A stretch of 64,000 nt of DNA, taken from Glycera tridactyla (Eukaryota). Location: assembly GCA_965644265.1 (NCBI GenBank), contig OZ286463.1:68634001-68698000 (forward strand), given 5' to 3'. Position 1 is the stretch's first letter, and the number at the start of each line of letters is the position of its first letter. The notes under the pieces are model-generated. The model was given only the letters and a program-made list of their open reading frames with translations. It was not told the origin of the DNA and searched no databases. This document shows positions 49,901 to 64,000 of this stretch, piece by piece. A program made the translations under genes and the position numbers.

Positions 49901-52319
49901 AAGTTGAGCAACTGATGAACATAAGTGGCATATCTCCTGTGTCCCGTGTACTCGATTATTGCTTCTCGAGATATGGCCAGGTTAGAGCTAGATGATAGAT
50001 ATTCAAATTGAATATGTTCAGACCTGTGGCGGTTACCCATCGGAATTTTCAATCTGTGCAAATGCTTAGTCGACGATCATATTTTGATCCCTAATGATTT
50101 TTATCAGTTTACCCATTTTCGTTCATCATGATTAAATGCTTGAAAACGTTTTTTCATCACCGCTCAGCCTGATGGATATATCGGATCTGTCCACACGAGG
50201 TTTTTGGATGATCTTGCACATCTGATGGATGAGTGACATACATATTATATACCCATCTTCACATATCAACATGGGCAAATCCGTGCAGGTACAGTGAAAC
50301 AAGTTAATGGATGTGTATAAGCCACAAAAGAGAGATTCCCAGTCGTTTCTCTGTCGACAGCATGACAATCGCAACTGAGCTGTGCTCGTGATAGTAATTG
50401 ATACTCTTATACAGCGTGATCCCAACTAAACCTGTTCAATTTTTGATGCATTATCAACAGCTATGCTATCGACTGGGTGAAGATCATGAGAATGTGATAT
50501 CAATTAACCTCTGAGTTGGAAAAGATTGTCATCGATCGTTCGACCCATCAGCTGTAATATGAGTCGACGTTTAAAGATGGTTGGTTGATGTTTGAATCAA
50601 CTGAATATTATTTTGATGATGACACGATGCAAACAGACAATCATAGTGAACAATTATCATTAAAAGATGACTGAACGATCCATACAAAACAAACATTTGG
50701 TCACTTTTCTTATAATGGTGATTGTATTGTTAGGTCCAGTTTGATATGAGATGCAAGATTGAGGCCATATCAGTTGCCAGGAATAGTATTGCACCAAGAC
50801 TGATCAATATGATGACCATGATATCCAAAAGTAGCCAGCATAACATGAGAAAGAGACGAGGACTAGGCAATTGGTCTGAACTGGCCAAGCCAGCAATCAG
50901 TCAATGCAATAGAGTCACTGTGTTGAGAGCCATTACGTGTATTGCAGATGTTTATATCTGCTGATAGGCTGACAGAGGAGTCACCTGTTTGCCTTTGGTC
51001 AGATTTGGTTGATGGAGACAAGCAGCATGTACCTCTGTAGTTCACAATCTGAGTATGCGGACACTGAAGCGGATAAACGTTCTTGACAGGGTCAGATAAG
51101 GATCCGTGGTAAATTGAGCAAGCATCATCGTATTAAAGAAATATAGTTAGCGCATCCACATCCGCTTCAGCGGCCAAGAGGCTGAGTGGGGGGTGGTAAT
51201 CAGTATAAGTGTAGTCAATTATTTGTGACAGCCACCTAACTTCAATCACCATTAGCCGCCTAAGACACTCGATTAACACCAGATATAAACATGACGTACC
51301 TACCAACACGCTTTCTCTTAGAAGATGTTCATTTAGTGAAAAAAGAATTTCACCGAGTTTGTTTTCTGTGTCTTATCATCGCACACTGTTCCTGCATGTC
51401 GCCCATCATTCATCCGCCCAACCGCAGGGCTCACATATTGCAAAGGTGTTCGTTGTATGATGTAATATTCAAAGAAGTACATCTCGAGAAATCTTGCGTC
51501 AGTGATCATTTGTTTCTTAATTCACCACGCTCTTTCCATTACTCACTTGATGGGTCCCACGAAGGCAGGTGCCTGTTCCATAATTTTTTTCTTGTGTCCA
51601 TTTTAGAGTTCAAGTACAATTCTGGCATGAATATGCTGAGGCATTCCCGACCCCATTAATCATCGCATGGGTCTTTTCGTGGTCCCTCCTCAAAGACAAG
51701 TGTCACAGGTTGAAAGACAATACATACCAGCTGGGGAAAGGGTTGAGTCAGCCATCACCTTGAAGCTCTTTCATTCCGTCCCAAAATGCCATTTATTGGT
51801 GCATAATTGTTTGTTTGTTTGACTCTACTGCTACCAAGGACCACTGTCGGAGCCATAAGTTCCGTTCCTCCCAGTGCTGATTTAGCTATCCATAGGTGAT
51901 AGTTATCAACTTGGTAGAGTGCACCCCTCTGCCTGAATATTGGAACTCTCCTCACTTGCTTACATTTGCATGTAAACTAGGACCATCGTTTCCAGAGCTC
52001 AGATTGGCGACATTGATTGAGCACTGAAGAATACTGGGCAGCCGATGAGAGTGAATTCACCTGAAACCGATTCTTCATGCTAACAAATCATTTTGTTGAG
52101 AATCGCGGTGTGCTAAGGATCCATCAAAGCCCCGTCTATAAAATCGACACAATCCGTATTTGTGGAGTCCTGACGGGTTGCACAATGTAATCCTGCGCAT
52201 GTGTTACCGGGCTTTATGATATAAGAGCGACATGAAAGTCATGACGTCGAAATCGATCATGCATTACAATGGGATAGCTATGTTTGAAGTACTCATAGGG
52301 GATTGTGTTGTCATACATA

Positions 52320-52720
52320 TATTACCGCCGATTGCTTAAACCGATACATCCAGATGTACTGAATCTTATTCATCAACCGAGAATACAATGTAAACAATGT
52401 CCACCACAAGAGTAGCAGCGACCATATCTACACAGACGAGTCACGAACGATGTCTCATCACATTACTACTGCCGTGATAATGATATCAACAGATGCAAAC
52501 TAGATGACAGCATCACCACCGTAGAACCGGTACAGGTCTTGACAAGGCAAGATAAAGATGCCGCTAATGTCATATCCTCATGATAAACATATCTTCCGTA
52601 GTATGATGGAAATCTCGGCAATGCGGATACTACTGGGCCATGACTGTGATAGAAGGAAGACCTATTGATGAAGTGAATTTGAGTGGGAATACCACGAGGC
52701 TGTCTTACTTGGTTTCAGAT
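52320..52720 (+). mobile_element. Possible decayed RNase H domain of an I/Nimb-type LINE
   Basis: LPP...HIYTDESR (52426-52446; cf. IYTDGSK) followed by KLDDSITTVE in another frame; many lesions. Confidence 0.35.
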
Positions 52721-54302
52721 TATGTTTACCTACCTTTGACAAAAACGGACTGAATTGACTTGATTTCATCTGCTTTCAGAAGAATTACACAAAACCTTAA
52801 ATTACTCTAATATAATAGTAAAACGGGTGCAACAGTTAGCACCTCCATAATTATCATATACGCAATATTATTTCCAGGTTAATGTGTGCCTTTCTTATAT
52901 GGGCGAGATGACGATGATCCCATTGCGGCTATCGAATTTTGAAACACCACCCTCACTTGTGTAATGGGGCTAGCCCAGGAATATCACATGGTGGTTTGGT
53001 TTGGGCGAGATTTCAGTATGAAAATCAAGAAGTGGGAGAGAGATTATTCAGACACAGTTGTGATCAGTTGCACGGACTGATAACGATGGTCCTGATAGAA
53101 CAGACCATCGACCTATTTCATAAACCATATATTCAATGAAATATATCAAACCAGGTTCGATATCATCTTTTATCTGAGGATAATGTAATGCCAGGCGAAC
53201 TTGAAACGGATGTAGCTGATGATAATATGAATATTATATGGAACTCCCACATCAAGGCCGTAGGTTGGGATGAGGTAGTTGTGTGCTCTGCACGAGATCA
53301 GCGAATATACAGGAAATGATTCATCAAATCCGTCAGTTATTGCGTACTCAGGAAATTGCTAGAAACATTCCTACAAACAGTCTATAATATGTACCATATA
53401 AAGCATCAGGATTGGATTCAGTATGGCAGGTTCGATTGAACAATCTCAGGTGTCTGCATGATCAATCTCATTGTAGTCCGATGCAGATAATTATGGCATG
53501 TTGGTCGTGCCATTAGATGGCTCACGGATGTGGAAAAAGATAAATGATGGTGTTATCTGTGTAGGCGGAGGAAGAGGAGCTTGTCAGATGCCTTATCAGA
53601 GAGACGCAGGTTGCCACCAAGGCAACAGAAATATCATCCCTCTGCTAACGTCGCCCACACAACACTGACACTCACCTGACATCATCTCCTGTCAACCGCT
53701 CAAGTCAGTCAACAGCTACAGTTCTTCCTGTTTATCACACTCCATACATTTATTACAACCGATTCAGGCGTTCAATCAATCACTGTTACGTCGTAATGAA
53801 GTTGCGAGTGAGAAAAGAGCACCAGCAATGTCAATGGGAAATTGTGCATGTTCAGGGTTAATCCATGGGGATGTGGGGGCCATGGGTTGCGGATATAGAA
53901 GGTGGATGCTTCGCCCAGCGCGGGGATCACCTCCACAAACATTGACCAGATAGAATGAGAAGCCAGAGTGTTTGGCAAACATTGTTGCATCATTCCATTC
54001 CCAAGATGGACACTGCATATATTGGGTTTCACTTTCGTCCCCCACAATAAGGAACTACTTCTTTAGGGTTCACCAAATCAGGAGAATTGCCGTGAATGCA
54101 ACTCGCAACATCAATGACCCAAAAGCGTATGTTCAACTATTCTGAACGACATACCTCATCTCACCCGAGTAGCACCATCATAGCCTGGAAGGTTCTGATC
54201 TCCAGTATACTGCTCGTGTCGGGAATTGTTTAACCCTCAAGACCAAACTTGAATTTGTCCAGCATTTTCTTCATAAGATGATTGATGGCTTGGTAGTTCG
54301 TT

Positions 54303-54410
54303 TTTCGTCCAGTGAGCACCACCCGAGCTAGGTTTCGAAACCCATGTAATTGGCATGGGTGGGATCATTCGCGACTCCTGTTCCTGGGTTCCCAATGGAA
54401 GGTGAACATT
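54303..54410 (-). mobile_element. SINE-like family A, diverged copy 4
   Basis: The reverse complement reads ttcaccttccattgggaaccca...gatcccacccatgccaattacatggg...ggtggtgct. Confidence 0.6.
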
Positions 54411-54479
54411 TACTGAATCCACAGACAACCGAAGCTGACAGTTTTTTCAACATTGATGGACCATTGTCATAGAACTGTC

Positions 54480-55120
54480 ATTTCAAGCGGTAATTTGAAC
54501 AGCATGAATGATCATCGGGAAGAACGCGTAGCATATAGAGATGAAATTTACACCTTGTAGCACTTAGTAACAATCTGGTTGTTTGTGGAAGCTCGGTGGC
54601 AGGTACATTATTGACTGAAGGCAAACAGGTGGCATCCTTGATCGACTTGAAGGGTGTTAGACAAGGAATGTACAGCATGTCTCCTTCTGTGGACTTATGC
54701 TGGCCGTGTGTTCCAGATCTATGAGAAGTTGTGGCACGCAGCAGAGGGCGGGGATGTGCAGAATGACGTCCATGCAGACATTACGTGTCTACTGACATTC
54801 ATTGATTTGGTTGTGTCTCTCAATTGCTTCCATAATTGGTATTGATTTTCCGCGTGGATTTTATGTCCATATTATGTTTGGCAGTATTGGTGGCGATGGC
54901 ACAGCGAGTTTCCGCTGCTAGTTAGTAGCTACCGAACCCCACCTAATTCTAGTATGGCCTGACATTGCAGAACACAGTTGCTGGAGTGTCTGATGGCATC
55001 TCAGTGTCAGAATATTGTTCATTTTGGTCACGTAAGATGCCTGTCGCGTAATGAAAAACAACCGAGGTCGACCGCCTGCCTCTCATCTTCAAAGTAACAT
55101 CGACACTCCCTGGAAGCCAG
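54480..55120 (+). mobile_element. Decayed RTE-like retrotransposon RT fragment with internal deletion
   Basis: HLVALSNNL...LLTEGK....LKGVRQG..SMSP (GVRQG at 54653-54667) and later HFGHVR (cf. WFGHVxR). Confidence 0.55.
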
Positions 55121-56949
55121 GTCCACAGTAAATTGATTGGATGGAGCTGGCTGGCAGGCCTATCTGCGGTATATTTTCAGTCGAGTATATTGCAGTGCAG
55201 AGTCGGATGACCTTTATCAGCATATATATGTCAATGAAAACATGATGGCAATTGCAACGTCTGCAAGCCAAAGCTCTCTATGTCTCTATATCTTTGTCAA
55301 TCTTTTTCTATAAATATTCATTTAATCACGACACCTTTCTTGCTCTCTCGCCCTCTATTCTAGCCCGATCCTCCTTTTGCCCTTCCATCATTTCGGCTGT
55401 TAGAAAGAAGCAGAGTAATGTCAGCAAAAATTACAAGACTATGTTCATCTTTGTGGATCAGATCACTTGTACTCTTTGTATAGTCTAGTCGATCGCGAAC
55501 CGATCGATTGATTGGAGGCTAAACTCGGTGGCAGAAGGACAGACCTGTGAGGAGAGGGATGCCATGATCTATGAGCACAAGAGCAGCCCGATCATCATGC
55601 ATTATTACAACAATAGAACCATCAATGATTCTAGTCTGATAAGCAAGGCGGAGATGGGACATGGAAACTGGCGTGGAGAGCTGCCGCTCGATAATGCCTG
55701 ATAGTAGCCGGCCTGGCACTTGGGTGCTTCCACCTTCTGATAGCGGCCATGGTGATAGAAAGAAACCGACTCTCATCCATCAATGGTGGCGCTTAGCATC
55801 ATGACAGTTTGCCATCATATATGATCCCTTGATGTATGCTATAGCGCGACCTCTATAGTACCCTGTCAGCATGTCCCTATTACTCTCCTGATTCATTGAG
55901 GAGGATCATCAGGTTACAGTGGAAATTACCAGATAGCTGTCTGAACACGAGAAAAAAACCAAAAAAGACTTGCCTTCACTATATGATGAAGGTAATCCCC
56001 AGCAATCAGCCGTCAGGGACGATGTACCTAGCCTGGATTATTTGATTGACAGGAATAATGGCGAGAATCTATTCGACACAAGAACACAGGAGATCTCAGC
56101 GGAAACGAGTGAAAATCTGTGTAGATGCACTTGAGGGCTTCAAAGGCCTAGGACAGTGACTGATGCGTTTCACTCATCTCGTACCCCATGTCAGTTAAAT
56201 TTGGAGACTACAGGATATGACATTCACCTTAACTTTGACCTTCTTGAAAGTCATTTATGCATCAAGACAAAATTTCAGTCAATGTTGCATTCTCAGGGCT
56301 GTCCTGTTCCAAATGTGACATTCAATTGTTTAATGAAGCATTCAATGCTACATACTCACACAACGTAAGAGGATTGCCTTTTATATACCACAGATGGATA
56401 CAGTGACTGGTGTTCCGGAGGGTATTGTGGGACAACCTGAAACGGGCCAGCTACATCACCTGTCAGATGACAGGTCACTGGATTGCAACTTTCCGTTTTC
56501 CATCGAAAATCGAGCTGAATTTCTCTCAAAATATTCCTATTATATTCCAAATCAGAAAGTATTTGCACTTGTACTGCTCTCGATGCTTCCACAGAAAGCA
56601 ACGCATTATACGCTAGTCTATCTAACCATAACCGCTTCAAACGGATTGGAATGGATTGATTTGTATATTCCTGCGAGATTGTCAGAAAACAGGTTGCCCA
56701 AAACAGTTTTATCATTTTCAATTTTGTATTGTGCATAAGATATACTCAGTAGGGAAGAAGATGGTTCGCTAGCAGATTCCTTCTCGAGTAGATTTTTCAA
56801 TCCAGGTGGCATCTAAATGTACAACTCAAATTAATGACGGAACGTGCCAGCTATCCCATATGCTGCCTGACGAAGCTTTCCCTATCTATATCCTTGTTCT
56901 CCGTAAGCCTGAATGGGACCAGAGAAAGAGAGTGATGTGTAGGTATCGA

Positions 56950-56975
56950 TGGTAGTAGTTGTAGTAGTAGTTGTT

Positions 56976-57028
<53 letters not shown>
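56950..57028 (+). repeat. (TAG)n microsatellite
   Basis: Direct reading. Confidence 0.95.
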
Positions 57029-57032
<4 letters not shown>

Positions 57033-59354
57033 TCACACGAATTAGGGCATTAGTCATAGCTCACTTCCATTTGTGAGCCACATGCACTATCATGTGGGAG
57101 TGATAATTAGGTGCTAATTTTGTTGATAGAATGCTAATAGGACGAGTGGACAACTGTACAACAGTTTGTAATGTCCCACTATCAACCCCACAAGTGACAG
57201 TATAGCTCACAGAGGACCAGGCTTCTGACTAGGTAGATTCCAATTAAGAGAGAGAGTTGCTTCCGTTCAGTTACCAATGTGTTTGGTGTTGATTGTTCCT
57301 CAGTCTTCTCTTTATATTTGTGGCTCTTTCCAAAGGCGGCTAAGGTATCTTGTTTTTCGGTGTCCTGGTTTCCTGGAGCGACCAGCTGTATCTCTGTTGT
57401 GAGTTTTGACAGAAGTCTGATTCATTAGCTCCGTAAGCCGGGTTGATGTTTGGTTCCAGCCTAATGGTTTTGATATCGATATCCATTTCTTGGATATTTG
57501 TAAGAAAATAGAGGTGGTTTAGTAAGCTCGATTCCCTTGACTACCAATATCAACGCTAGATGTGCTCATGCTAGCGATTGCTGTATCTAGTACCACCATT
57601 GTGGTACAGTTTGGCATGGTCGGCGTCGATCATGCTTGCTTTCTGCTATAGCCCATCGCCGCCAGTGGTAGACATCAGAAGTACCAGTACTCCAGACAAA
57701 TGCACGAAGGCCGATAGACAGGAGACAGGTGGCACCGACCCTTTCCAATGTTCAAGGGATGTGTGAAGGATGTGTTCCGCAGGCTTTACTTGGTGGAATA
57801 TCTGCCAAACCATTTGTCTGACTAGTTCCATGCATTTCGAGGCTACATCAGAGACTGTGCATTAGGTTATGTAGAGGCATACACGTACAAGGGTGATCAA
57901 TATTGTATGTTTTCCTGTCTTCGGTGAGATAATCACATACGCATATTCAGTTGGATATATACGCATGCAGTCTGAAGGGAATGGCCAATACCTTCTTTCA
58001 CATGAGCTGGTCGCGGCAGATTGCTGACAAATGCCTTGCTAGCATATTTTCACCTGAATGTCAGGGGTAAATACAAAACTTATCACACTACTTTTATCCC
58101 TAAAAAACGATTTTTGATATGATCAGAAAGGTTGTACGTATGCAATAGCGGACGATCCGCTTCCATAAGCATTTGGTTTATAACGAAATGAATTTTTAAT
58201 GATGCTATTGCGATGATAATGAGGGTGATATTGGAGGTGACATGGGTCGATACTCAAAGCAAGGAGAATAGCATCAGGGAGTTGGTTGAATGAGTGGCGT
58301 CGACGGAAGCTAGCGCTTCAAGAGTCTACTAGCATCCTGTAGATGCACTCTCACCAGCTGCTCGCCAGCCAATCAAGAAGCAGGAGATTGATGAGTGCCG
58401 AACAACTAGTGGACCGGAAATGAGCTTGGAGTAGGCGGCAACACTTGGCCAAAAATAGTTTCCTCTCAAGAGCAGGTCTTTTTATTTGGCAGCCAGACTA
58501 TAATCCAATCTCAGATAGTTGTTGATCGAGGGCCAGCGATCAATAGTGAGTGGATGAATAATGTAGCGAAGTTTATAGTCCTGAGTGTATCTGCACGAGA
58601 GTCGCTACCATCACCACCATCACTAACCGACACACCCCAGCCATCAACACCACAACCCAACAGACCAAAGCCATAAATGCCAGACAGACAGACGGAGGGA
58701 CGGACGGACGAACAGACAGGTATGCAGACAGAGAGACAGATAGGANNNNNNNNNNNNNNNNNNNNNNNNNNNNNNNNNNNNNNNNNNNNNNNNNNNNNNN
58801 NNNNNNNNNNNNNNNNNNNNNNNNNNNNNNNNNNNNNNNNNNNNNNNNNNNNNNNNNNNNNNNNNNNNNNNNNNNNNNNNNNNNNNNNNNNNNNNNNNNN
58901 NNNNNNNNNNNNNNNNNNNNNACCAGAGGCAGGGTATGAAAACATCTAAAGACTGGCGGACAGACAAACAGACCAGCAGACAGACAGATGGATAGTCAGA
59001 CAAATAGAGACATTCATTGTATGGGACAGCAGTTGTTGTGTGCCAGCAAACATCCTGAAGCAGACTTGATAGAAGCGCGATCCTTGCCAATGTAGCGACT
59101 GATTGTTGGATGGCGGCCAGAATGAGGATGAGCATCATTCTCTCTACCCTCAGCTGGCAGACAGGCGGAGTACGAGCAGCTAATTCAGTCTGTCCTCGCC
59201 CGCATCTTTACAATTTGCCCGGTCGTTTTCACACACCACATTTTTCATCACTCCCACTTCTAACAACTGAAGGTGTGAACATGGTAGCAATTTACATGAG
59301 ATACCTCGTTAAACACCACAGGCCAACTTGTTGGACAATCAACACGTGGGTAGT

Positions 59355-59400
59355 GAATGAATGAATGAATGAATGAATGAATGAATGAATGAATGAATGA
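59355..59400 (+). repeat. (GAAT)n microsatellite
   Basis: Direct reading. Confidence 0.95.
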
Positions 59401-62229
59401 ATGGAAGATTGACTGGGTAGGAGAATGACGAACTGAACGTCTTAACAAATGAACGAATAAATGGATGAATCAATGAATGTAACCAGGTATGGAAATGAGA
59501 GGGTCCGTCACTATTCATTGTTTACTTACCTGAGTATGAATGAATATATTTGAGAAGTTGTCTTCAGGACACCCGGCCAGATCTAGGTACAAATTACCCA
59601 CTAAAGTGTACTAAGGCCGTTGTGAAGATATAGGCGAGGATTGCCTGCCTAGCACCATCTCCTCTCTTGACGACATAATCTATGACCGCTATTAATCCAC
59701 AATCTTCCATGTGAATTACCCGCCGTCAGCTACATCCACTAAATATAAATTCCCATGTTCATTCCGCACAGTGTAGTACAGCGACACAATGGAATTGACC
59801 GAGCCAGACCACAAACTTGAGATATATGAAGTGGCCTGACTATCCGAGATTCCTGCCAAATCCTTGTATTGGCCAAGCCAATTGACTACAGAACAAGGCG
59901 AGCAAGGCAAACTTGGTCTGGATTTATCAGCCCCTTAATGACTGCCTCATACTGAATTTGAAATGTACGGCACGTTATTGAGAAACACAGCGATTGCTGC
60001 TTCAACAGAGGAAGGAAAGTGCTAGGTGATGAGGCGACTGACTATACCCTCGGGGGTGGAACCAATGGGTGGCATGATTTTAATACGTACTCAGAATTAT
60101 TATTCTTCAGCATCGCAAAAGCAATTGATAGTCTTTTCTACTGACACCTNNNNNNNNNNNNNNNNNNNNNNNNNNNNNNNNNNNNNNNNNNNNNNNNNNN
60201 NNNNNNNNNNNNNNNNNNNNNNNNNNNNNNNNNNNNNNNNNNNNNNNNNNNNNNNNNNNNNNNNNNNNNNNNNNNNNNNNNNNNNNNNNNNNNNNNNNNN
60301 NNNNNNNNNNNNNNNNNNNNNNNNNNNNNNNNNNNNNNNNNNNNNNNNNNNNNNNNNNNNNNNNNNNNNNNNNNNNNNNNNNNNNNNNNNNNNAACACAA
60401 CTTCGACAGTGTCATCACCCCTATCCATCAGCGAAACAAATGTAATCATTGGTATCATATTGAGCGCCAGTGCAGACATTCACAATCGTAGTTGTAACAA
60501 AAGCACATGGATGCTGTTTGGTATTACCAACAAAGGGTGGGCATGATATCATAGATGCGCCGGCAAAGATGAGCTAAGTGATCCACGGAGACTGACTTCA
60601 GATGCCCGGCGGCTTTTTCATTTTTAAAAGCGAATATGCTGCTGTATTCTCACATGATCTTTTTGTTAAGTGCATCAGGCACTTTCATGTTCAAAGCGAT
60701 GAGTGGGCAGGCTGCACCTCCTTCCACCTTTTTCCAACACATCAGGTAGAAGGCCTGTCTAGTGAAAAGGTAATTGTGTGCAAAATAATGAAGTAGATTA
60801 CCGATGAAAAAATCCCTACTCTAACTTACGCTAAAACACAGACACGCCTTGAATGTCAGCTTTTAATCCATTCGTGCATACGCCAGTGCATCATGAGGTG
60901 CATGTCAGTTGATAGAACACATGGCCCCTGTGTGCATAGAGAATACGATTTTTGATGCATTCTACCACGGTACTTCGTCAGTTCATTTTGCTATATTGCT
61001 TATAGCCTTATAGTATATAGCCTTATTTCCATGCCATTCATTCGAACCCTGGATCACGCTCATAAGCATTGGGACTGATGATGTCCCCTAAAGCCACAAC
61101 CAAAAAATTGGCAAGAAATTCACAGCCTGACGTTGGTTGTCACCATCCTTAGGAGACTTGTTATTGGACCCCACCTCCCTCATTCAGCATAATCGCTGGG
61201 CTTGGGGAAGGATGGGCTTGTTTACTTGTTTGAGTTCTATTATGTCTGCATTGGCCCGTGGGTCATATTACATGCATACATAAAGTAACGCATAACTCTT
61301 TACTGAAAACACTACATTCCAAAATGGCATGCGGGCGAAAGGAAGAATTAGAAGTATGATCACATAACATACTCTAGGTAAAGAATGGGAAATAGAGAAG
61401 GAGATATGCGATCAAATGACCATTGAGAAGCAAGAAGGGGGGATATAGAAGGAGCTTGATGAGAGAATGATGAAATAGAGACCACCACAATAGAAGGATC
61501 AGGATAATCAGGTTCTACATAATCTAGTTTTATCTCTATCAGGAAGAAAATAGAAAATGTGGAATATATAGAGGCTGCATGGCTTTCTCAGTGCTCTACT
61601 AATATATATTGACACGTAGATACAAATATGGCGACGGTATACTTGGAGGTAGTATAGTAATAGGTAGACGTACAATACATACATCACGTCATCAGTAGTG
61701 CAGAAAATGATCATCAAAGAGATATGGTGGTTTTCAACAAATGCAATTTACATCTCGTCATCACCCGCGATAATGTTGAGTACTGACACACTTGGTGGCT
61801 TTGTATGACCACATCAGTTTAATCCAATGATTCACTAATTTTACGGGAGGATTTTCTCCTCATTCCATTGACGGCTGCATCACATGGAGATAGAATCCGC
61901 CAATCAAATTCGATCGATTGTTCGTAAGGTCAGATCAACCTTGGGATCCACAGTCGTTTGAAAATCTATCAATCATAACTCGTGGAAGGATCTAATCTGA
62001 CGACCGAATTTCCGACACGTTGAAAGATTTTCCTAATGTCAACATTGGTTTGAAAAGTGCAAGACAAGTTTTTGTACGAATACATTCATACTTGTACAAA
62101 CGAAGTATGTCGGGAAGATCACTATGTGAGAGTGGTTTAAGGAAGTTATTGAAGAAGGATTTCTAACGACGTGAGGTGAGGACGAATCATATCGGGGTGT
62201 TGAGGGAACACTTTGATGATCGCCTGAAG

Positions 62230-62450
62230 TCTAAATTATGTCCAATTTACACAACCCAATCACCACATGGTGTCAGCGAATTCGAAGACAGTGAACCGTC
62301 CACTTCTCATACCCACACCAGCCAATGGCACAGACTTGACCAGAACGTACCGTCGGTCGGCCTTTATCTCTGCCCTCTTGAGAATAGATCATCTGAAATT
62401 GACCATGATGCGAGATTCTAAAACTGTGAAAGAGTTAATAGATGATATCC
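62230..62450 (+). mobile_element. Possible decayed 3' end of an L2/CR1 ORF2
   Basis: PLLIP...TYRRSAF.SA....L....RDSKTV resembles the LxIPxxRTxxYGxRAFSxAAPxLWNxLPxxIRxSxTV tail. Confidence 0.35.
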
Positions 62451-62949
62451 CTCGCCAATCTGTGATGGCATGTACAGCATGCCTGTGCGGGTGGCTGGAT
62501 AAATCTATGGATGTATGGATGGATTGTTTGATGGGTGATAATGGATCGAATAATGGCGAGTGGAGGAAGCCTGATGACAGGTGGAGGTATCTCTCTGTTC
62601 AGACACGCCTCCATCCACATCTTCTGTAGAGGTCCAGCTGACCGGGCTATGTGGGAATGTGAGATGGACACAGGCAAGGGGGTACATAATTTGAGTCACA
62701 GTTACGAGCAATGGCAACTCGATGTCTGAAAGAACACACATATGCCAAGATGATTTGATGAATAGAAAATATCTGCTCCTGAGAAGGGATCAGGAGAGAT
62801 GCAAATATCACACATCGAAAATGAAAGCCTTTGTGAACTATGGCATAATGTTGATAGGAGTATCTACCAGAAGGAGGGGTTATCAGATATGTGTTGCAAA
62901 CTTTGAAAAGTTACACAAAGTCTCAATACTCTGACCACATAAACCGTCT

Positions 62950-63260
62950 CCTCCGATCACCCCGTAGCCACCTGGACATTTAGCTCAGGGACTAAACACC
63001 AAGCTTTTCAAATTTCGAAACATTTCCTTGAGCGATCGCTGCAATAGGCTATGCAATCCCTGAAAGGACCCCCCAAGAGGATGTTCCATTTGCCATAACG
63101 TAGTGAACTCATTATCATTTCAAATTCTTTGAACAATCGTACCGATAAATTACTGATCAAGTGGACCAATTGCACCCCGGAAGATGTCTGTTGATAGAAT
63201 GCAACAGTAGCAGACATGATCATCTCCTGATGCATTTGGATTATACTGCAGCTAGATTAC
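62950..63260 (-). mobile_element. Possible decayed LINE RT N-terminal region
   Basis: NASGDDHVCY..L...GPL...F...........F.TLWQ...SLLQRSLKEMF resembles KAPGPDxIxYxxL...FPxxWK...PISL..KxFE. Confidence 0.4.
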
Positions 63261-64000
63261 CATTAATCAGATATGTGTAATCCTCTGAAAGCAATCTCCA
63301 TGATTAATAAAGGTATTGATTGTCTCTGCGTTGTTATCAGGTTGTGGCAGTTGTACTGGCATTTCTGATCGCCTTTCTTTATCGATCCCTGGAGATGCTG
63401 GTCTGCTTTGTCTTAAAAGAGCTCAGTGATGCGAATAACGTTCCCGCTGCATGGACACTCCTTGATTCCTGGTCCGTGGATGAATTTAACCCATTATATG
63501 CGATCCAAGTTGGACTGCTAACTCGATATAGACAATTGAAGCCAATAAAGCTTCCATGTTCATGACATAAGGTATGACTTGATTCTTATGACTATGTAAT
63601 TGACAATCCGTCACCTTCGCCTGTATGGATAGGCTACGAGAATCAATAGGGCATCTCACACAGGTCTCGTGAGACATAATTTTTACGGCTGACATGCATA
63701 AGTATCTCATCTTAACTGAGAGGTTTGAATTCAATGTATATTATATGTATCCAAGAGACAATTGGGTCACGTCTAGATATGAACGTTGCTCGAACGTATG
63801 CTAGCATGAGTCTGTTCTCCTGGCCAGGACACCAATGACTGTGGGGGTGGTGATTATGTTTATGGTAATACTGTCGTTCATGATATTGTTGGTTTGATTC
63901 CGTTGGTGGCGCTGTCAGTGGTAGTGCTAGATATGGTCATAAGGTGGTGATGGTGATATTGGTGATATTGGTACTGCTCTGATTGCTGGCCGATTTGTCG

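Noticed and set aside
51291-51659. Myb/SANT-like remnant or 122-aa ORF
   Set aside because: Only a KWT triplet resembles the motif; insufficient support.
56356-56738. Overlapping antiparallel ORFs of 126 and 114 aa
   Set aside because: No recognisable domain, no fitting splice sites to B4GALT, and no TM segment of adequate length.

Overview
This is metazoan, invertebrate-type genomic DNA: spliceosomal introns, SINEs, LINEs, MITEs, microsatellites and 11 N-runs, with no prokaryotic features and no CRISPR. The main gene is a minus-strand glycosyltransferase family 7 gene (beta-1,4-galactosyl/GalNAc-transferase, B4GALT/bre-4-like). Five coding exons can be spliced by hand (46669-46910, 27013-27200, 18913-19035, 16629-16730, 16071-16212; about 265 aa of stem plus catalytic domain), but its TM-containing first exon was not found in the window. 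A probable first coding exon of a second gene leaves the window to the left (539-576). The most unusual object is a 6.4-kb, 5'-truncated, nearly intact CR1/L2-group LINE (28362-34800) inside the largest B4GALT intron, in the sense orientation and flanked on both sides by (ATC)n. It has three ORFs: ORF1, a stand-alone SGNH esterase ORF, and APE-RT ORF2. The esterase ORF appears to be opened by a 5-codon mini-exon and a 235-bp GT-AG intron, and a second strong acceptor sits just before ORF2, which suggests downstream ORFs are expressed from spliced RNAs (inference). Other notable items are a 21x36-bp minisatellite, an ACACC-loop-GGTGT hairpin array just downstream of the B4GALT stop codon, a MITE carrying two perfect RFX palindromes, a three-copy repeat with codon-like divergence, and many decayed Penelope, RTE, CR1/L2 and hAT remnants. 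All alignments were done by eye and no database search was run.
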